NCBI GenBank assembly: GCA_964646895.1
Contig: CAZYIP010000002.1
Location: 17,157 to 61,224, forward strand
Source of the DNA: an uncultured Salinisphaerales bacterium
Lineage (GTDB): Bacteria > Pseudomonadota > Gammaproteobacteria > Nevskiales > CAZYIP01
Direction: 5' to 3'
Length of the DNA stretch: 44,068 bases
Below, piece by piece: positions 7,937 to 16,993 of the stretch. The first letter of the stretch is position 1, and the number at the start of each line of letters is the position of its first letter. Made by a program: the position numbers and the translations under genes. The notes beneath the pieces were generated by a model. That model made no database searches. It had not been told where the DNA came from and worked only from the letters and a program-made list of their open reading frames with translations.

Positions 7937-9249
7937 TGCTTGTCCTGTGCGGGTCCGGTAGCCGACGCGCGGCGGCGCCGGTGGCGTCCGCCACGCCGGT
8001 CGGGGCGGCCCTTGCCGCTGGCGCCGCGAACACGCTTGGCCTGGGTCTGCCGCGGTGGCGGAGTCGGCTTGACCAGCAGATCCGGTTCCGCAACCTCGGC
8101 CGGAATCTTGTGGCCGATGTAATCCTGGATCGCCGGCAGGGAGTAGACGTAGGTTTCGCAGCACAGGCTGATCGCATCGCCGGCTGCGCCGGCGCGTGCG
8201 GTACGGCCGATGCGGTGGACGTAGTCCTGCGCGTCCTGCGGCAGATCGAAGTTGAAGACGTGAGTGACGTCGGGGATGTGCAGCCCGCGTGCCGCCACGT
8301 CGGTGGCGACCAGGGTCGGCAGCTTGCCGCCGCGAAACTCCTTCAGCAGACGCAGTCGCTTCGACTGCGGCACATCGCCCGAGAGTACCGCGGCCGGGTG
8401 CTCGTTGGCGTTCAGATAAGCCTGTACGCGGTCGGCTACCCGTTTGGTATTGACGAAAATCAGCGCGCGTTCCGGTTCGATTCGCCCCATCAGTCCGAGC
8501 AGCAGCGGAATCTTCTGATCGTTGGCGACGTGATACAGGCTTTCGCGAACCCGCTCCGCGGTCACGCCCTCGCTTTCGATGCGCACCAGCTGGGGGTTGT
8601 TCATGTGCTCGTAGGCCAGTTCCAGCACGCGGTACGAGAGAGTGGCCGAAAACAGCATGTTGAGGCGCTCGTCCGCCGCTGGCATGCGCCGCAGCAGGTA
8701 GCGGATGTCCTTGATGAAGCCGAGGTCGAACATGCGGTCGGCTTCGTCCAGAACGGCTACCTGTAACGCCCGCAGATCGAATACCTTCTGCTTGTAGTAG
8801 TCGATCAGCCGTCCGGGGGTGCCGATCAATATGTCGATGCCGGCTTCGATGTGCTCGCGCTGGCTGACGTAGCCGGTGCCGCCGAATGCGAGCCCGAGCC
8901 GAATGCCGGTGTCGCTGCCCAGCGCGAGCGCATCCGTGTGGATCTGCACTGCCAGCTCGCGGGTCGGCGCGACGATGAGCGCGCGTGGCCGGGCGCGGCC
9001 ATCGTCGCTCCCGGCTGGGCGCTCGGATTCGAGCAGCCGGTGCATGGTGGCGAGCAGGAACGCGGCGGTCTTGCCGGTACCGGTCTGTGCCTGGCCGGCG
9101 ACGTCGAGCCCTTGCAGCGCCAGCGGAAGCGTCTGGGCCTGAATCGGCGTACAGTTGCGGAAACCGGCTGCGGCAAGGCCGCCCAGCAGGCGTGGATGCA
9201 GCCCGAGGGAATCGAGCGCGATGTCCGTTAGATGGTGTTGTTCACTCAT
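7933..9249 (-). CDS. rhlB: ATP-dependent DEAD-box RNA helicase RhlB
   Basis: 438 aa with motifs [24 protein letters not shown] and [10 protein letters not shown], and an Arg-rich C-terminal tail. The gene is divergent from trxA-rho, as in E. coli. Confidence 0.85.
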   Translation of the reverse strand: MSEQHHLTDIALDSLGLHPRLLGGLAAAGFRNCTPIQAQTLPLALQGLDVAGQAQTGTGKTAAFLLATMHRLLESERPAGSDDGRARPRALIVAPTRELAVQIHTDALALGSDTGIRLGLAFGGTGYVSQREHIEAGIDILIGTPGRLIDYYKQKVFDLRALQVAVLDEADRMFDLGFIKDIRYLLRRMPAADERLNMLFSATLSYRVLELAYEHMNNPQLVRIESEGVTAERVRESLYHVANDQKIPLLLGLMGRIEPERALIFVNTKRVADRVQAYLNANEHPAAVLSGDVPQSKRLRLLKEFRGGKLPTLVATDVAARGLHIPDVTHVFNFDLPQDAQDYVHRIGRTARAGAAGDAISLCCETYVYSLPAIQDYIGHKIPAEVAEPDLLVKPTPPPRQTQAKRVRGASGKGRPDRRGGRHRRRRASATGPAQDKQ

Positions 9250-9629
9250 AAGTCGATGATACTCAGGGGCGGGCGTCCAATGCGCCCGGAACCCGGGCTT
9301 GCCCAGGCTTGAAAAATAGGTGAAGATAGGCTGAAATGAATGCTCGCGGCCTTCGACAGCCGGACCCGGCTACCGTTCGAGTCTATCCCGACCTTTGTCA
9401 GTCAGTGCCGGCGCCGAAATTCGTCTTGCACCGATCCGGTGGACAATAATAACAGGCTCTTGTTTGTTACGGCGAGCGCCCCCATTTGAATTCTGGCGGC
9501 GTGCTGGCCCTCGACAATGACAGCGAGCAGGGCGGACAGGCAAGTCCCGACGATGCGGAGCAGGGCTGATCCGCCGCCGGTTTTCCCTACGAACCAGTAT
9601 ATGTCTCCCGGCAGCGGAGGATTTGATCG

Positions 9630-9956
9630 ATGAGTAACGATATAGCGGCCATCACGGACGACACGTTCGAGGATGAGGTCCTGAAGTCGGATGTCCCGGT
9701 GTTGCTGGATTACTGGGCCGAATGGTGCGGCCCGTGCAAGATGATGGCGCCGGTGCTCGACGATGTGGCCGGAGATTACAGCGGACGGTTGAAAATCGCC
9801 AAGCTGAATATTGACGAGAACCCCAAAACCCCGCCAAAATTCGGTATCCGTGGTATTCCGACGCTCATGCTCTTCAAGGGCGGCCAGGTTGAGGCGACCA
9901 AGGTCGGCGCCATTTCGAAATCGCAGTTGACGACCTTCCTGGATGAACATCTGTAA
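9630..9956 (+). CDS. trxA: Thioredoxin 1
   Basis: 108 aa with the [10 protein letters not shown] active site and [19 protein letters not shown] at 9616-9620 precedes the ATG. Confidence 0.95.
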   Translation: MSNDIAAITDDTFEDEVLKSDVPVLLDYWAEWCGPCKMMAPVLDDVAGDYSGRLKIAKLNIDENPKTPPKFGIRGIPTLMLFKGGQVEATKVGAISKSQLTTFLDEHL

Positions 9957-9970
9957 AGTGAGCCATAAGT

Positions 9971-9993
9971 CGGGCCGGGCGCCTCTCCCGGTC
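9971..9993 (+). terminator. Hairpin after trxA
   Basis: GGGCCGGG (9971-9978), loop CGCCTCT, CCCGGTCC (9986-9993, one G-U pair). It lies 15 nt past the trxA stop and has no U-tract. Confidence 0.35.
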
Positions 9994-10139
9994 CGGCGCC
10001 ATACCTAGAAAGCAGTCGCATCCTCTTAAGCAAGCGAATTTTCAGCGGTTCCCCGGCTGTACCGGTGTACTCCCTAAATTGATCCCTGTCTCTGGATAAC
10101 CCTCAAGTGTCCCAACAAGTAACTGAGCAAACCTATGTA

Positions 10140-11396
10140 ATGAATCTCACCGAACTCAAGCGCAAGAGCGCCACTGAGTTGCTGGATATCGCCCAGGGCC
10201 TGAAGCTGGAGGGGACGTCGCGCGCGCGCAAGCAGGACGTGATCTTCTCCATCCTCAAGGCGCAGGCGAAAAACGGTGAGAAAATCTATGGCGACGGCGT
10301 GCTGGAGATTCTGCAGGATGGCTTCGGCTTCCTGCGCTCCGCCGACAGCTCGTATCTGGCCGGGCCGGACGATATCTACGTCTCGCCAAGCCAGATCCGG
10401 CGCTTCAACCTGCGCACCGGCGATACCATCTCCGGGCGCATCCGTCCGCCCAAGGACAGCGAGCGCTATTTCGCGCTGCTCAAGGTCGACCAGATCAACT
10501 TCGAAGATCCGGAAGCCTCGCGCAACAAGGTGCTGTTCGAGAACCTGACACCACTGTTCCCGCAGGAGCGGCTGCAGATGGAGCGCGGCAACGGCAGTAC
10601 CGAGGACATCACCGCGCGGGTGATCGATCTGGTGGCGCCGGTGGGCAAGGGGCAGCGCGGACTCATCGTTTCGCCGCCCAAGGCCGGCAAGACCATGATG
10701 CTGCAGAACATCGCCCAGAGCATCACCTCCAACTACCCCGAGTGCTACATGATCGTGCTGCTGATCGACGAGCGCCCGGAGGAAGTCACCGAGATGGATC
10801 GCTCGGTACGCGGCGAGGTGGTGTCGTCGACGTTCGACGAGCCGGCACAGCGCCACGTGCAGGTGGCGGAGATGGTGATCGAGAAGGCCAAGCGCCTGGT
10901 GGAACACAAGCGCGACGTGGTCATTCTGCTCGACTCCATCACCCGTCTGGCGCGCGCCTACAACACGGTGATCCCGAGTTCCGGCAAGGTGCTCACCGGC
11001 GGTGTCGATGCCAACGCGTTGCAGCGGCCGAAGCGCTTTTTCGGCGCGGCGCGGAACATCGAGGAGGGCGGCAGCCTCACGATCCTGGCGACGGCGCTGG
11101 TCGACACCGGCTCCAAGATGGACGAGGTGATCTACGAGGAGTTCAAGGGCACCGGCAACATGGAGCTGCACCTGGAGCGGCGCATCGCCGAGAAGCGCAT
11201 CTACCCGGCCATCAACATCAACCGCTCCGGCACCCGGCGCGAGGAATACCTCACCGAGCCCGACGAGCTGCAGAAGATGTGGGTGCTGCGCAAGCTGCTC
11301 CACTCCATGGACGATCTGGGCGCGATGGAATTGCTCATCGACCGCATGAAGCAGACCAAGACCAACCTGGAATTCTTCGAGTCGATGAAGCGGTAA
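10140..11396 (+). CDS. rho: Transcription termination factor Rho
   Basis: From ATG 10140, [19 protein letters not shown]... is collinear with E. coli Rho. This includes [49 protein letters not shown] and the PPKAGKT P-loop. The track start at 10107 (GTG) adds 11 aa not seen in E. coli Rho. Confidence 0.95.
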   Translation: MNLTELKRKSATELLDIAQGLKLEGTSRARKQDVIFSILKAQAKNGEKIYGDGVLEILQDGFGFLRSADSSYLAGPDDIYVSPSQIRRFNLRTGDTISGRIRPPKDSERYFALLKVDQINFEDPEASRNKVLFENLTPLFPQERLQMERGNGSTEDITARVIDLVAPVGKGQRGLIVSPPKAGKTMMLQNIAQSITSNYPECYMIVLLIDERPEEVTEMDRSVRGEVVSSTFDEPAQRHVQVAEMVIEKAKRLVEHKRDVVILLDSITRLARAYNTVIPSSGKVLTGGVDANALQRPKRFFGAARNIEEGGSLTILATALVDTGSKMDEVIYEEFKGTGNMELHLERRIAEKRIYPAININRSGTRREEYLTEPDELQKMWVLRKLLHSMDDLGAMELLIDRMKQTKTNLEFFESMKR

Positions 11397-11420
11397 GGGC
11401 GCCTTTTTAACCGCGTCTGG

Positions 11421-11512
11421 CCCCCTCTCCCGCTGGCGGGAGAGGGCCGGGGAGAGGGTGGAATTTCGCGCCACTCCCTCTCCCTAACCCTCTCCCCCGA
11501 GGGGAGAGGGAA
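11421..11512. repeat. Composite REP-like element, family B (CCCTCTCCC...GGGAGAGGG type), between convergent rho and purD
   Basis: Hairpins CCCTCTCCCGC (11423-11433)/GCGGGAGAGGG (11436-11446) and CCCTCTCCCC (11488-11497)/GGGGAGAGGG (11501-11510). A third, imperfect pairing lies between them. Related copies occur at 14757-14927. Confidence 0.75.
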
Positions 11513-11570
11513 CCGGCTTTTGGACCACGCGAGCCGCTCCTGCAGGAATCCTTCAATCGGCGCAGCCTGG

Positions 11571-12866
11571 TCAGCCCCGCTCGCGGGCAACGGCCCTCCA
11601 GCCGATGTCGCGCCGATAATGCACGTCCGCCCAGTCAATGCCGCGCACCACCGCATATGCTGCCGCCTGGGCTGCCGCCACGTCCTCACCGCGCGCGCAG
11701 GCGCAAAGCACACGTCCGCCGGCGGTGACGGGCCGGCCGTCATCGAGCCGCGTGCCGGCATGAAAGACCTTGGCGTCCGCTCCGATCTCCCGATCGAGAC
11801 CGGTGATCACGTCCCCCTTGCGGTAGGCAGCCGGATAGCCGCCGGCCGACATGATCACGCCCAGTGCGGCGCGTGAGTCCCAGCGGGCCTCGACCTGATC
11901 GAGGCGGCCCTGCAGCGCGGCCTGGGCCAGTTCGTACAGATCCGATTCCAGGCGCATCAGAATCGGCTGCGTCTCCGGATCACCCAGGCGTACGTTGAAT
12001 TCCAGTACCCTGGGCACGCCAGTCGGATCGATCATCACCCCGGCATACAGAAAACCACTGTAGCGCCGGCCTTCGGCCGCCAGTCCGCGGACTGCCGGCT
12101 CGATGATCTCGCGCACGATGCGGTTGTGGATCGCCGGTGTGACCACGGGCGCGGGCGAGTAGGCGCCCATGCCGCCGGTATTGGGGCCGCGGTCGCCGTC
12201 CAGCGCCGCCTTGTGATCCTGTGACGACGCCAGCGGCAGGATGTGCTCGCCGTCCACCAGCGCAATGAAGCTCGCTTCCTCGCCCTGGAGGAATTCCTCG
12301 ATCAGCACGCGGCTGCCCGCGTCGCCCAGCGTGCGCTCACGCAGCATGGCATCGATTGCCGCGACGGCTTCCGATTCGCTGTGGGCAACGACGACGCCCT
12401 TGCCCGCTGCCAGGCCATCGGCCTTGACGACGATCGGGGCGCCGTGGGCACGCACCCAGGCTTGCGCTTGCGCAGCATCCGAGAATGCCGCCGCACGCGC
12501 GGTGGGGATGCGGTGACGTTCGAGAAAAGCCTTGGCGAATGCCTTGGATGCTTCCAGTTCCGCGGCGGCGGCGCTGGGCCCGAGACAGGGGATGTCGCGG
12601 CGGTCGAAGTGGTCGCGGATGCCGGCGGCCAGCGGCGCCTCGGGTCCGACGACGGTCAGTGCAACAGCGTTGTCCCGGGCGAAATCGGCGAGAGCGGTGA
12701 TATTGTCGGCGGCGATCGGTACATTCGCTACCCGCGGCTCCAGCGCGGTGCCTGCATTGCCTGGTGCGACCCATACCTTGCCGACATGGGGCGACTGCGC
12801 CAGCTTCCACGCCAGGGCATGCTCGCGCCCGCCGCCGCCCACGACCATGACCGTATCAGCGGACAT
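11571..12866 (-). CDS. purD: Phosphoribosylamine--glycine ligase
   Basis: 431 aa. VVGGGGREHALAWKLAQSP at the N-terminus and an ATP-grasp body (IVVKADGLAAGKGVVV, GPNTGGMGAYSP). GGAG lies 7 nt upstream of ATG 12866. Confidence 0.92.
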   Translation of the reverse strand: MSADTVMVVGGGGREHALAWKLAQSPHVGKVWVAPGNAGTALEPRVANVPIAADNITALADFARDNAVALTVVGPEAPLAAGIRDHFDRRDIPCLGPSAAAAELEASKAFAKAFLERHRIPTARAAAFSDAAQAQAWVRAHGAPIVVKADGLAAGKGVVVAHSESEAVAAIDAMLRERTLGDAGSRVLIEEFLQGEEASFIALVDGEHILPLASSQDHKAALDGDRGPNTGGMGAYSPAPVVTPAIHNRIVREIIEPAVRGLAAEGRRYSGFLYAGVMIDPTGVPRVLEFNVRLGDPETQPILMRLESDLYELAQAALQGRLDQVEARWDSRAALGVIMSAGGYPAAYRKGDVITGLDREIGADAKVFHAGTRLDDGRPVTAGGRVLCACARGEDVAAAQAAAYAVVRGIDWADVHYRRDIGWRAVARERG

Positions 12867-13080
12867 GGGGCGGCTCCGCCTGTATCATGGTTTGTCCGCA
12901 AGGCTGGATCGTCTGCATTTTGTGTCGGTGGGCTGTTCGTGGACGTCGGCGCCGAATCTTATCATGGCGCGCACTGCGGAAGCGGTTTCAGGGCCCGCCA
13001 CTGGCATCCGGCCCCGTGGCATGACTGCCCAGCCGATACCATTCATTTGATTTTCGCGACGGAATCAATCGGGACTACCT

Positions 13081-13581
13081 ATGCCAAGACGGGATCACGG
13101 GACCAAATCTGTTGTCCGTTTCTGTACCCGCCTCGCGCCCGGATTGTTGCTGACTGCGCTGCTCGCCGCGTGTGCCGCCGGGCCGACCGGACAGGCGCCA
13201 CCTTCCGGGACCCGGTTGCCGGCCGCGCCCGCCACGGTCGCGGGCGATTACAGCCTCACGGCGATTGGCGGGAAGACGCTGCCGGTGACCGTGGCGGACC
13301 AGAACGGGTGCGACACGCAAATCGATGGTGGTGAACTCAGGCTGCGCAGGGAAGGCACGTTCGAGCTCACCCGCACCCGCAGCCGCAGTTGCGACGGCAT
13401 CGTGGTCGCGCGCACGGTGGCGCGAGGCAAGGGCGTTTACGGTGGCAGCGCCGCCGCGCTGACCCTGCGGGCCGACAGCGGCGGGCTGTTCCGAAGCGCG
13501 GGCGCCACTGTGGAGGGTACCAGCCTCACGCTGCATCCGGCCAAGGGCAATACGGCGTGGACATTCGAGCGCCGGCGTTGA
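13081..13581 (+). CDS. Hypothetical lipoprotein
   Basis: 166 aa. A basic n-region, hydrophobic LAPGLLLTALLAA and the lipobox LLAAC are followed by a Pro-rich stretch. GC-rich third positions support coding. I recognise no family. Confidence 0.55.
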   Translation: MPRRDHGTKSVVRFCTRLAPGLLLTALLAACAAGPTGQAPPSGTRLPAAPATVAGDYSLTAIGGKTLPVTVADQNGCDTQIDGGELRLRREGTFELTRTRSRSCDGIVVARTVARGKGVYGGSAAALTLRADSGGLFRSAGATVEGTSLTLHPAKGNTAWTFERRR

Positions 13582-13623
13582 TCGGGTACGCCGCGCAAAA
13601 CTAGAGACTGAAGAGAACCGGAC

Positions 13624-14241
13624 ATGAGCAAAGCCTTGATTCTCGTGGATATCCAGAACGATTTCATGCCTGGTGGCGCGCTCGCCGTTGCCGGCGGGGA
13701 CGCTATCGTGCCCATCGCCAATCAGATGCAGCCGGCATTCGAGCGGGTGGTGGCGACTCAGGACTGGCATCCGCCGGGTCATGCGAGTTTCGCGAGCCGG
13801 TACCCGGGGCGTGCGCCGTTCGACGTCATCGATCTCGACGGTTTCCGGCAAACCCTGTGGCCGGATCACTGCGTGCAGAATACGGAGGGCGCCGAACTGG
13901 TGTCCGCATTGGACACCGATCGCATCGAGCAGGTGTTTCGCAAGGGCGATGATCCGCGCATCGACAGCTACAGTGGCTTCTTCGACAACGATCATCGCCG
14001 CGCGACCGGCCTGGGCGATTACCTGCGCGATCGTGGCGTCACTGAAGTCACCATCGCTGGCCTCGCCGCGGACGTTTGCGTGCTGTACACGGCACTCGAT
14101 GCGCGGCGCCTGGGTTTTTCCACCCGCGTGGTCGAGGATGCCACCCGCGCGGTGGTCCCCGCCGACTGGGAGCGCGCCCGGACCCGCCTGCGCGAAGCGG
14201 GTGTAGCCATCGTTTCCAGCACCGAACTGCGGGAGCATTGA
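13624..14241 (+). CDS. pncA: Nicotinamidase/pyrazinamidase (isochorismatase family)
   Basis: 205 aa. ALILVDIQNDFMPGGALAV, ATQDWHPPGHASF and VTIAGLAADVCVLYTALDA (catalytic Cys context) are typical of PncA. Confidence 0.88.
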   Translation: MSKALILVDIQNDFMPGGALAVAGGDAIVPIANQMQPAFERVVATQDWHPPGHASFASRYPGRAPFDVIDLDGFRQTLWPDHCVQNTEGAELVSALDTDRIEQVFRKGDDPRIDSYSGFFDNDHRRATGLGDYLRDRGVTEVTIAGLAADVCVLYTALDARRLGFSTRVVEDATRAVVPADWERARTRLREAGVAIVSSTELREH

Positions 14242-14244
14242 GCG

Positions 14245-14769
14245 GTGACGGAACGGGTGCTGTATGAAGGGGAGTTCCTGCGTCTGCTGTCACGCGACCG
14301 TTGGGAATACGTGGAGCGGTCCAACGCGCCCCGCGGAGCGGTGGTCATCATTGCCGTCACCGATGACGACCGCCTGCTGCTGGTGGAGCAGCTGCGGGTG
14401 CCCGTGGGCAGGACCGTGGTCGAGCTGCCGGCCGGACTGGTGGGCGATGTGAGCGGCGCCGAGTCGGAATCGCTGGCGACCGCCGCGGCACGCGAGCTGG
14501 AAGAGGAAACCGGCTACCGGCCGGAGCGTCTGGAGCTGCTGCTGGAGGGGCCGCCGTCGCCGGGTCTGGCCAACGAACACATGCATTTCTTTCGGGCTTT
14601 CGACCTGACACGCACGGGTGCCGGTGGCGGCGACGATACCGAAGACATCACGGTACATGCGGTGCCCCTGCGTGAAGTGGATGCGTGGCTGGCGGACCGG
14701 CGTGCCGCCGGTCACCTGGTCGATCCGAAAGTCTACGCCGGCTTGTATTTTTTGCGCCCCTCTCCCTGA
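14245..14769 (+). CDS. NUDIX hydrolase, ADP-ribose pyrophosphatase-like
   Basis: GTG start 3 nt after the pncA stop; 174 aa. ELPAGLVGD...AAARELEEETGY carries the REUxEExGU half of the Nudix box. The last codons (..RPSP-stop) lie inside a REP-B unit. Confidence 0.75.
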   Translation: MTERVLYEGEFLRLLSRDRWEYVERSNAPRGAVVIIAVTDDDRLLLVEQLRVPVGRTVVELPAGLVGDVSGAESESLATAAARELEEETGYRPERLELLLEGPPSPGLANEHMHFFRAFDLTRTGAGGGDDTEDITVHAVPLREVDAWLADRRAAGHLVDPKVYAGLYFLRPSP

Positions 14770-14958
14770 CCCTCTCCCCGGTGGGGAGCGGGGATTCGTG
14801 TGGGAGTCTCTATTGTTCCCGGCCAAGGCTGCTGGACACTGTTGAGCTGCCTTCCATTCCCGCTGACGGGAGAGGATGGTGTTTCACGCCCCCTCTCGCG
14901 CTTGCGGGAGAGGGCAGGCGAGTGGGTATGAAATTGTGGGAGCGGCGCCAGCCGCGAT
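14757..14958. repeat. Cluster of REP-like units (family B plus one family A half-site) between convergent Nudix and ppa genes
   Basis: CCCCTCTCCCTGACCCTCTCCCCGGTGGGGAGCGGGG (14757-14793), TCCCGCTGACGGGAGAGG (about 14858-14875), CCCTCTCGCGCTTGCGGGAGAGGG (about 14891-14914), and TGTGGGAGCGGCGCCAGCCGCGAT (14935-14958). Confidence 0.75.
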
Positions 14959-14961
14959 GCC

Positions 14962-15495
14962 TCAACCCGCCTCGGCCCTTCTGATGGAGGCGACGATTTC
15001 CTCGCGCGCGGCGGCGGCGCCTCGCCACTCGTCGATCCTGACCCACTTGCCGTCCTCGAGATCCTTGTAGTGCTCGAAAAAGTGGGCGATCTGGTGCTTG
15101 AGGTATGCGGGCACGTCGTCCAGATCGATTGCGTCGGCGTACAGGTTGTTGCTGATCTTGTCCGCCGGCACGGCGAGAATCTTCGCGTCCTGTCCCTTCT
15201 CGTCACTCATGGCGAGCATCGCCACCGGCCGGCAGCGGATCATGGAGCCGGGTTGCACCGGGTAGGGCGTCCATACCAGCACATCCACCGGATCGCCGTC
15301 ATCGCTCAGGGTGTGCGGCACATATCCGTAGTTGCACGGATAGAACATGGCCGTGTTCATGAACCGGTCCACGGTCAACATGCCGGTTTCCTTGTCGATT
15401 TCGTATTTTACCGGGTGCGCGTTCTGTGCGATCTCGATGACGACATTGACTTCTTCCGGCGCGTTTTTGCCGGCGGTGAGTGCGTCGATTGCCAT
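14962..15495 (-). CDS. ppa: Inorganic pyrophosphatase (family I)
   Basis: 177 aa. VVIEI....[11 protein letters not shown]...[23 protein letters not shown] and the length match soluble Ppa. Confidence 0.93.
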   Translation of the reverse strand: MAIDALTAGKNAPEEVNVVIEIAQNAHPVKYEIDKETGMLTVDRFMNTAMFYPCNYGYVPHTLSDDGDPVDVLVWTPYPVQPGSMIRCRPVAMLAMSDEKGQDAKILAVPADKISNNLYADAIDLDDVPAYLKHQIAHFFEHYKDLEDGKWVRIDEWRGAAAAREEIVASIRRAEAG

Positions 15496-15522
15496 GGTGG
15501 CTCCTTGTGCTCGATGTGATGC

Positions 15523-15651
15523 TTCTTTCCCGCAAGCGGGGAAGGGAATTTTAGGGAAACTGAGCGGCGCAAGCCGCGATTACCGGCGAAATCCTCGCGT
15601 ATGGCTGATTCGGCCGCTCGTCATTGCCACTCCCGCGAAAGCGGGAATGGC
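15523..15651. repeat. REP-like hairpins in the pfp-ppa spacer
   Basis: CTTTCCCGC-AA-GCGGGGAAG (about 15525-15544). A family A half-site GAGCGGCGCAAGCCGCGAT (15562-15580). GCCACTCCCGC-GAAA-GCGGGAATGGC (15626-15651). Confidence 0.6.
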
Positions 15652-15724
15652 GTCGGAAGGGAAAGCGCGGATGGGTCGCCTGGCTGGAATCATTGAATCG
15701 TCTGGAAAAACCGTATGTCCTGTA

Positions 15725-16993
15725 CTAACCGACCTGAAATTCGCGCCCGGTTTTCTTCTCCACCGCGATGTTTTGCAGCCGTACGTATTGCGGCAGGCCG
15801 TCCGCGCCGTAGGGCGGGTAGTCCTCGCCCTGGATCAATGGCGCCAGGTAGCGCCGCGCCGCATCCGTGATGCCGAACCCGTCGCCGGTAATGTAATCGG
15901 CCGGCAGCCCTCGCTCCACGTTGGCCACCTCGGCCAGCGCCACCGCATCGATCGACCAGCGATAGGGCTCGTCCGATTCGCGCTTGATGATCGGCATCAC
16001 TGCGTTGCGTCCCTCCAGGGCGAATTCCACCGCCGCCCGGCCCACCGCGTAGGCCTGCTCGACATCGGTTTTCGACGCGATATGGCGTGCCGAGCGCTGC
16101 AGATAGTCGGCAACCGCCCAATGATACTTGAAACCGGTGTCTTCCCTGACAATTTCTGCCAGCCGCGGTGCCACACCGCCGAGTTGCGCGTGGCCGAAGG
16201 CGTCGTATGTTCCCGTCTCGGCCAGCAGTTTGCCGTCGGCATCGCTCAGCCCTTCGGACGCGACCACGACGCAGTACTCGTGGTCGGCGACCGCCTGGCG
16301 AACGCGTTCGCTGAACCGCGCGCGGTCGAAGGCCACTTCCGGAAACAGGATGATGTGCGGTGGCTCACCCGGCTGCGTGGCGGCGAGGCCGCCGGCGGCC
16401 GCGATCCATCCGGCGTGACGGCCCATCACTTCGAGGATGAACACCTTGGTGGATGTCCTGGCCATCGATGCCACGTCGAAGCCGGCTTCGAGTGTGGAGA
16501 CCGCCACGTATTTCGCGACCGAACCGAATCCGGGACAGACATCGGTGAACGGCAGATCGTTGTCGACCGTCTTGGGAATGCCGATGCAGGTGATGGGGTA
16601 GCCCATGGATTCGCCGAGTTGCGAAACCTTGTGCGCGGTGTCCTGCGAATCGCCGCCGCCGTTGTAGAAGAAGTAGCCGATGCCGTGTGCCTTGAAGACT
16701 TCGATCAGGCGCTCGTATTCGGCGCGGTTGCGGTCCAGGCCCTTGAGCTTGTAGCGGCAGGAGCCGAACGCGCCCGCCGGGGTGTGACGCAATGCCGCAA
16801 TGGCGGCGTCGCTCTCGCGGCTGGTGTCGATCAGATCTTCCGCAAGCGCGCCGATGATGCCATTGCGTCCGGCGTATACGGTACCGATCCGGTCGCGATT
16901 GCGGCGCGCCGTTTCCAGCACTCCGCACGCACTGGCGTTGATGACGGCGGTTACGCCGCCGGACTGCGCATAGAAAGCGTTGTTCGCGGTCAT
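15725..16993 (-). CDS. pfp: Phosphofructokinase, predicted pyrophosphate-dependent (PPi-PFK)
   Basis: 422 aa from ATG 16993, with AAGGTG upstream. The PFK fold motifs are AQSGGVTAVINAS, NGGGDSQDT and CIGIPKTVDNDL. Asp and Lys sit at the positions aligned with E. coli PfkA Gly104 and Gly124, which is the PPi-type signature. The track start at 17260 adds 89 low-quality residues. Confidence 0.85.
   Translation of the reverse strand: MTANNAFYAQSGGVTAVINASACGVLETARRNRDRIGTVYAGRNGIIGALAEDLIDTSRESDAAIAALRHTPAGAFGSCRYKLKGLDRNRAEYERLIEVFKAHGIGYFFYNGGGDSQDTAHKVSQLGESMGYPITCIGIPKTVDNDLPFTDVCPGFGSVAKYVAVSTLEAGFDVASMARTSTKVFILEVMGRHAGWIAAAGGLAATQPGEPPHIILFPEVAFDRARFSERVRQAVADHEYCVVVASEGLSDADGKLLAETGTYDAFGHAQLGGVAPRLAEIVREDTGFKYHWAVADYLQRSARHIASKTDVEQAYAVGRAAVEFALEGRNAVMPIIKRESDEPYRWSIDAVALAEVANVERGLPADYITGDGFGITDAARRYLAPLIQGEDYPPYGADGLPQYVRLQNIAVEKKTGREFQVG

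Noticed and set aside
10091-10099. TCTGGATAA, an 8-of-9 match to the DnaA box TGTGGATAA, in the rho leader.
   Set aside because: It is a single imperfect copy with no cluster of boxes and no AT-rich unwinding element, so there is no support for an origin or DnaA regulation.
14757-14958. Clustered short repeats considered as a possible CRISPR array or integron attC sites.
   Set aside because: The units are palindromic REP-type sequences with irregular spacing and orientation. There are no unique spacers of constant length and no cas or intI genes in the window.
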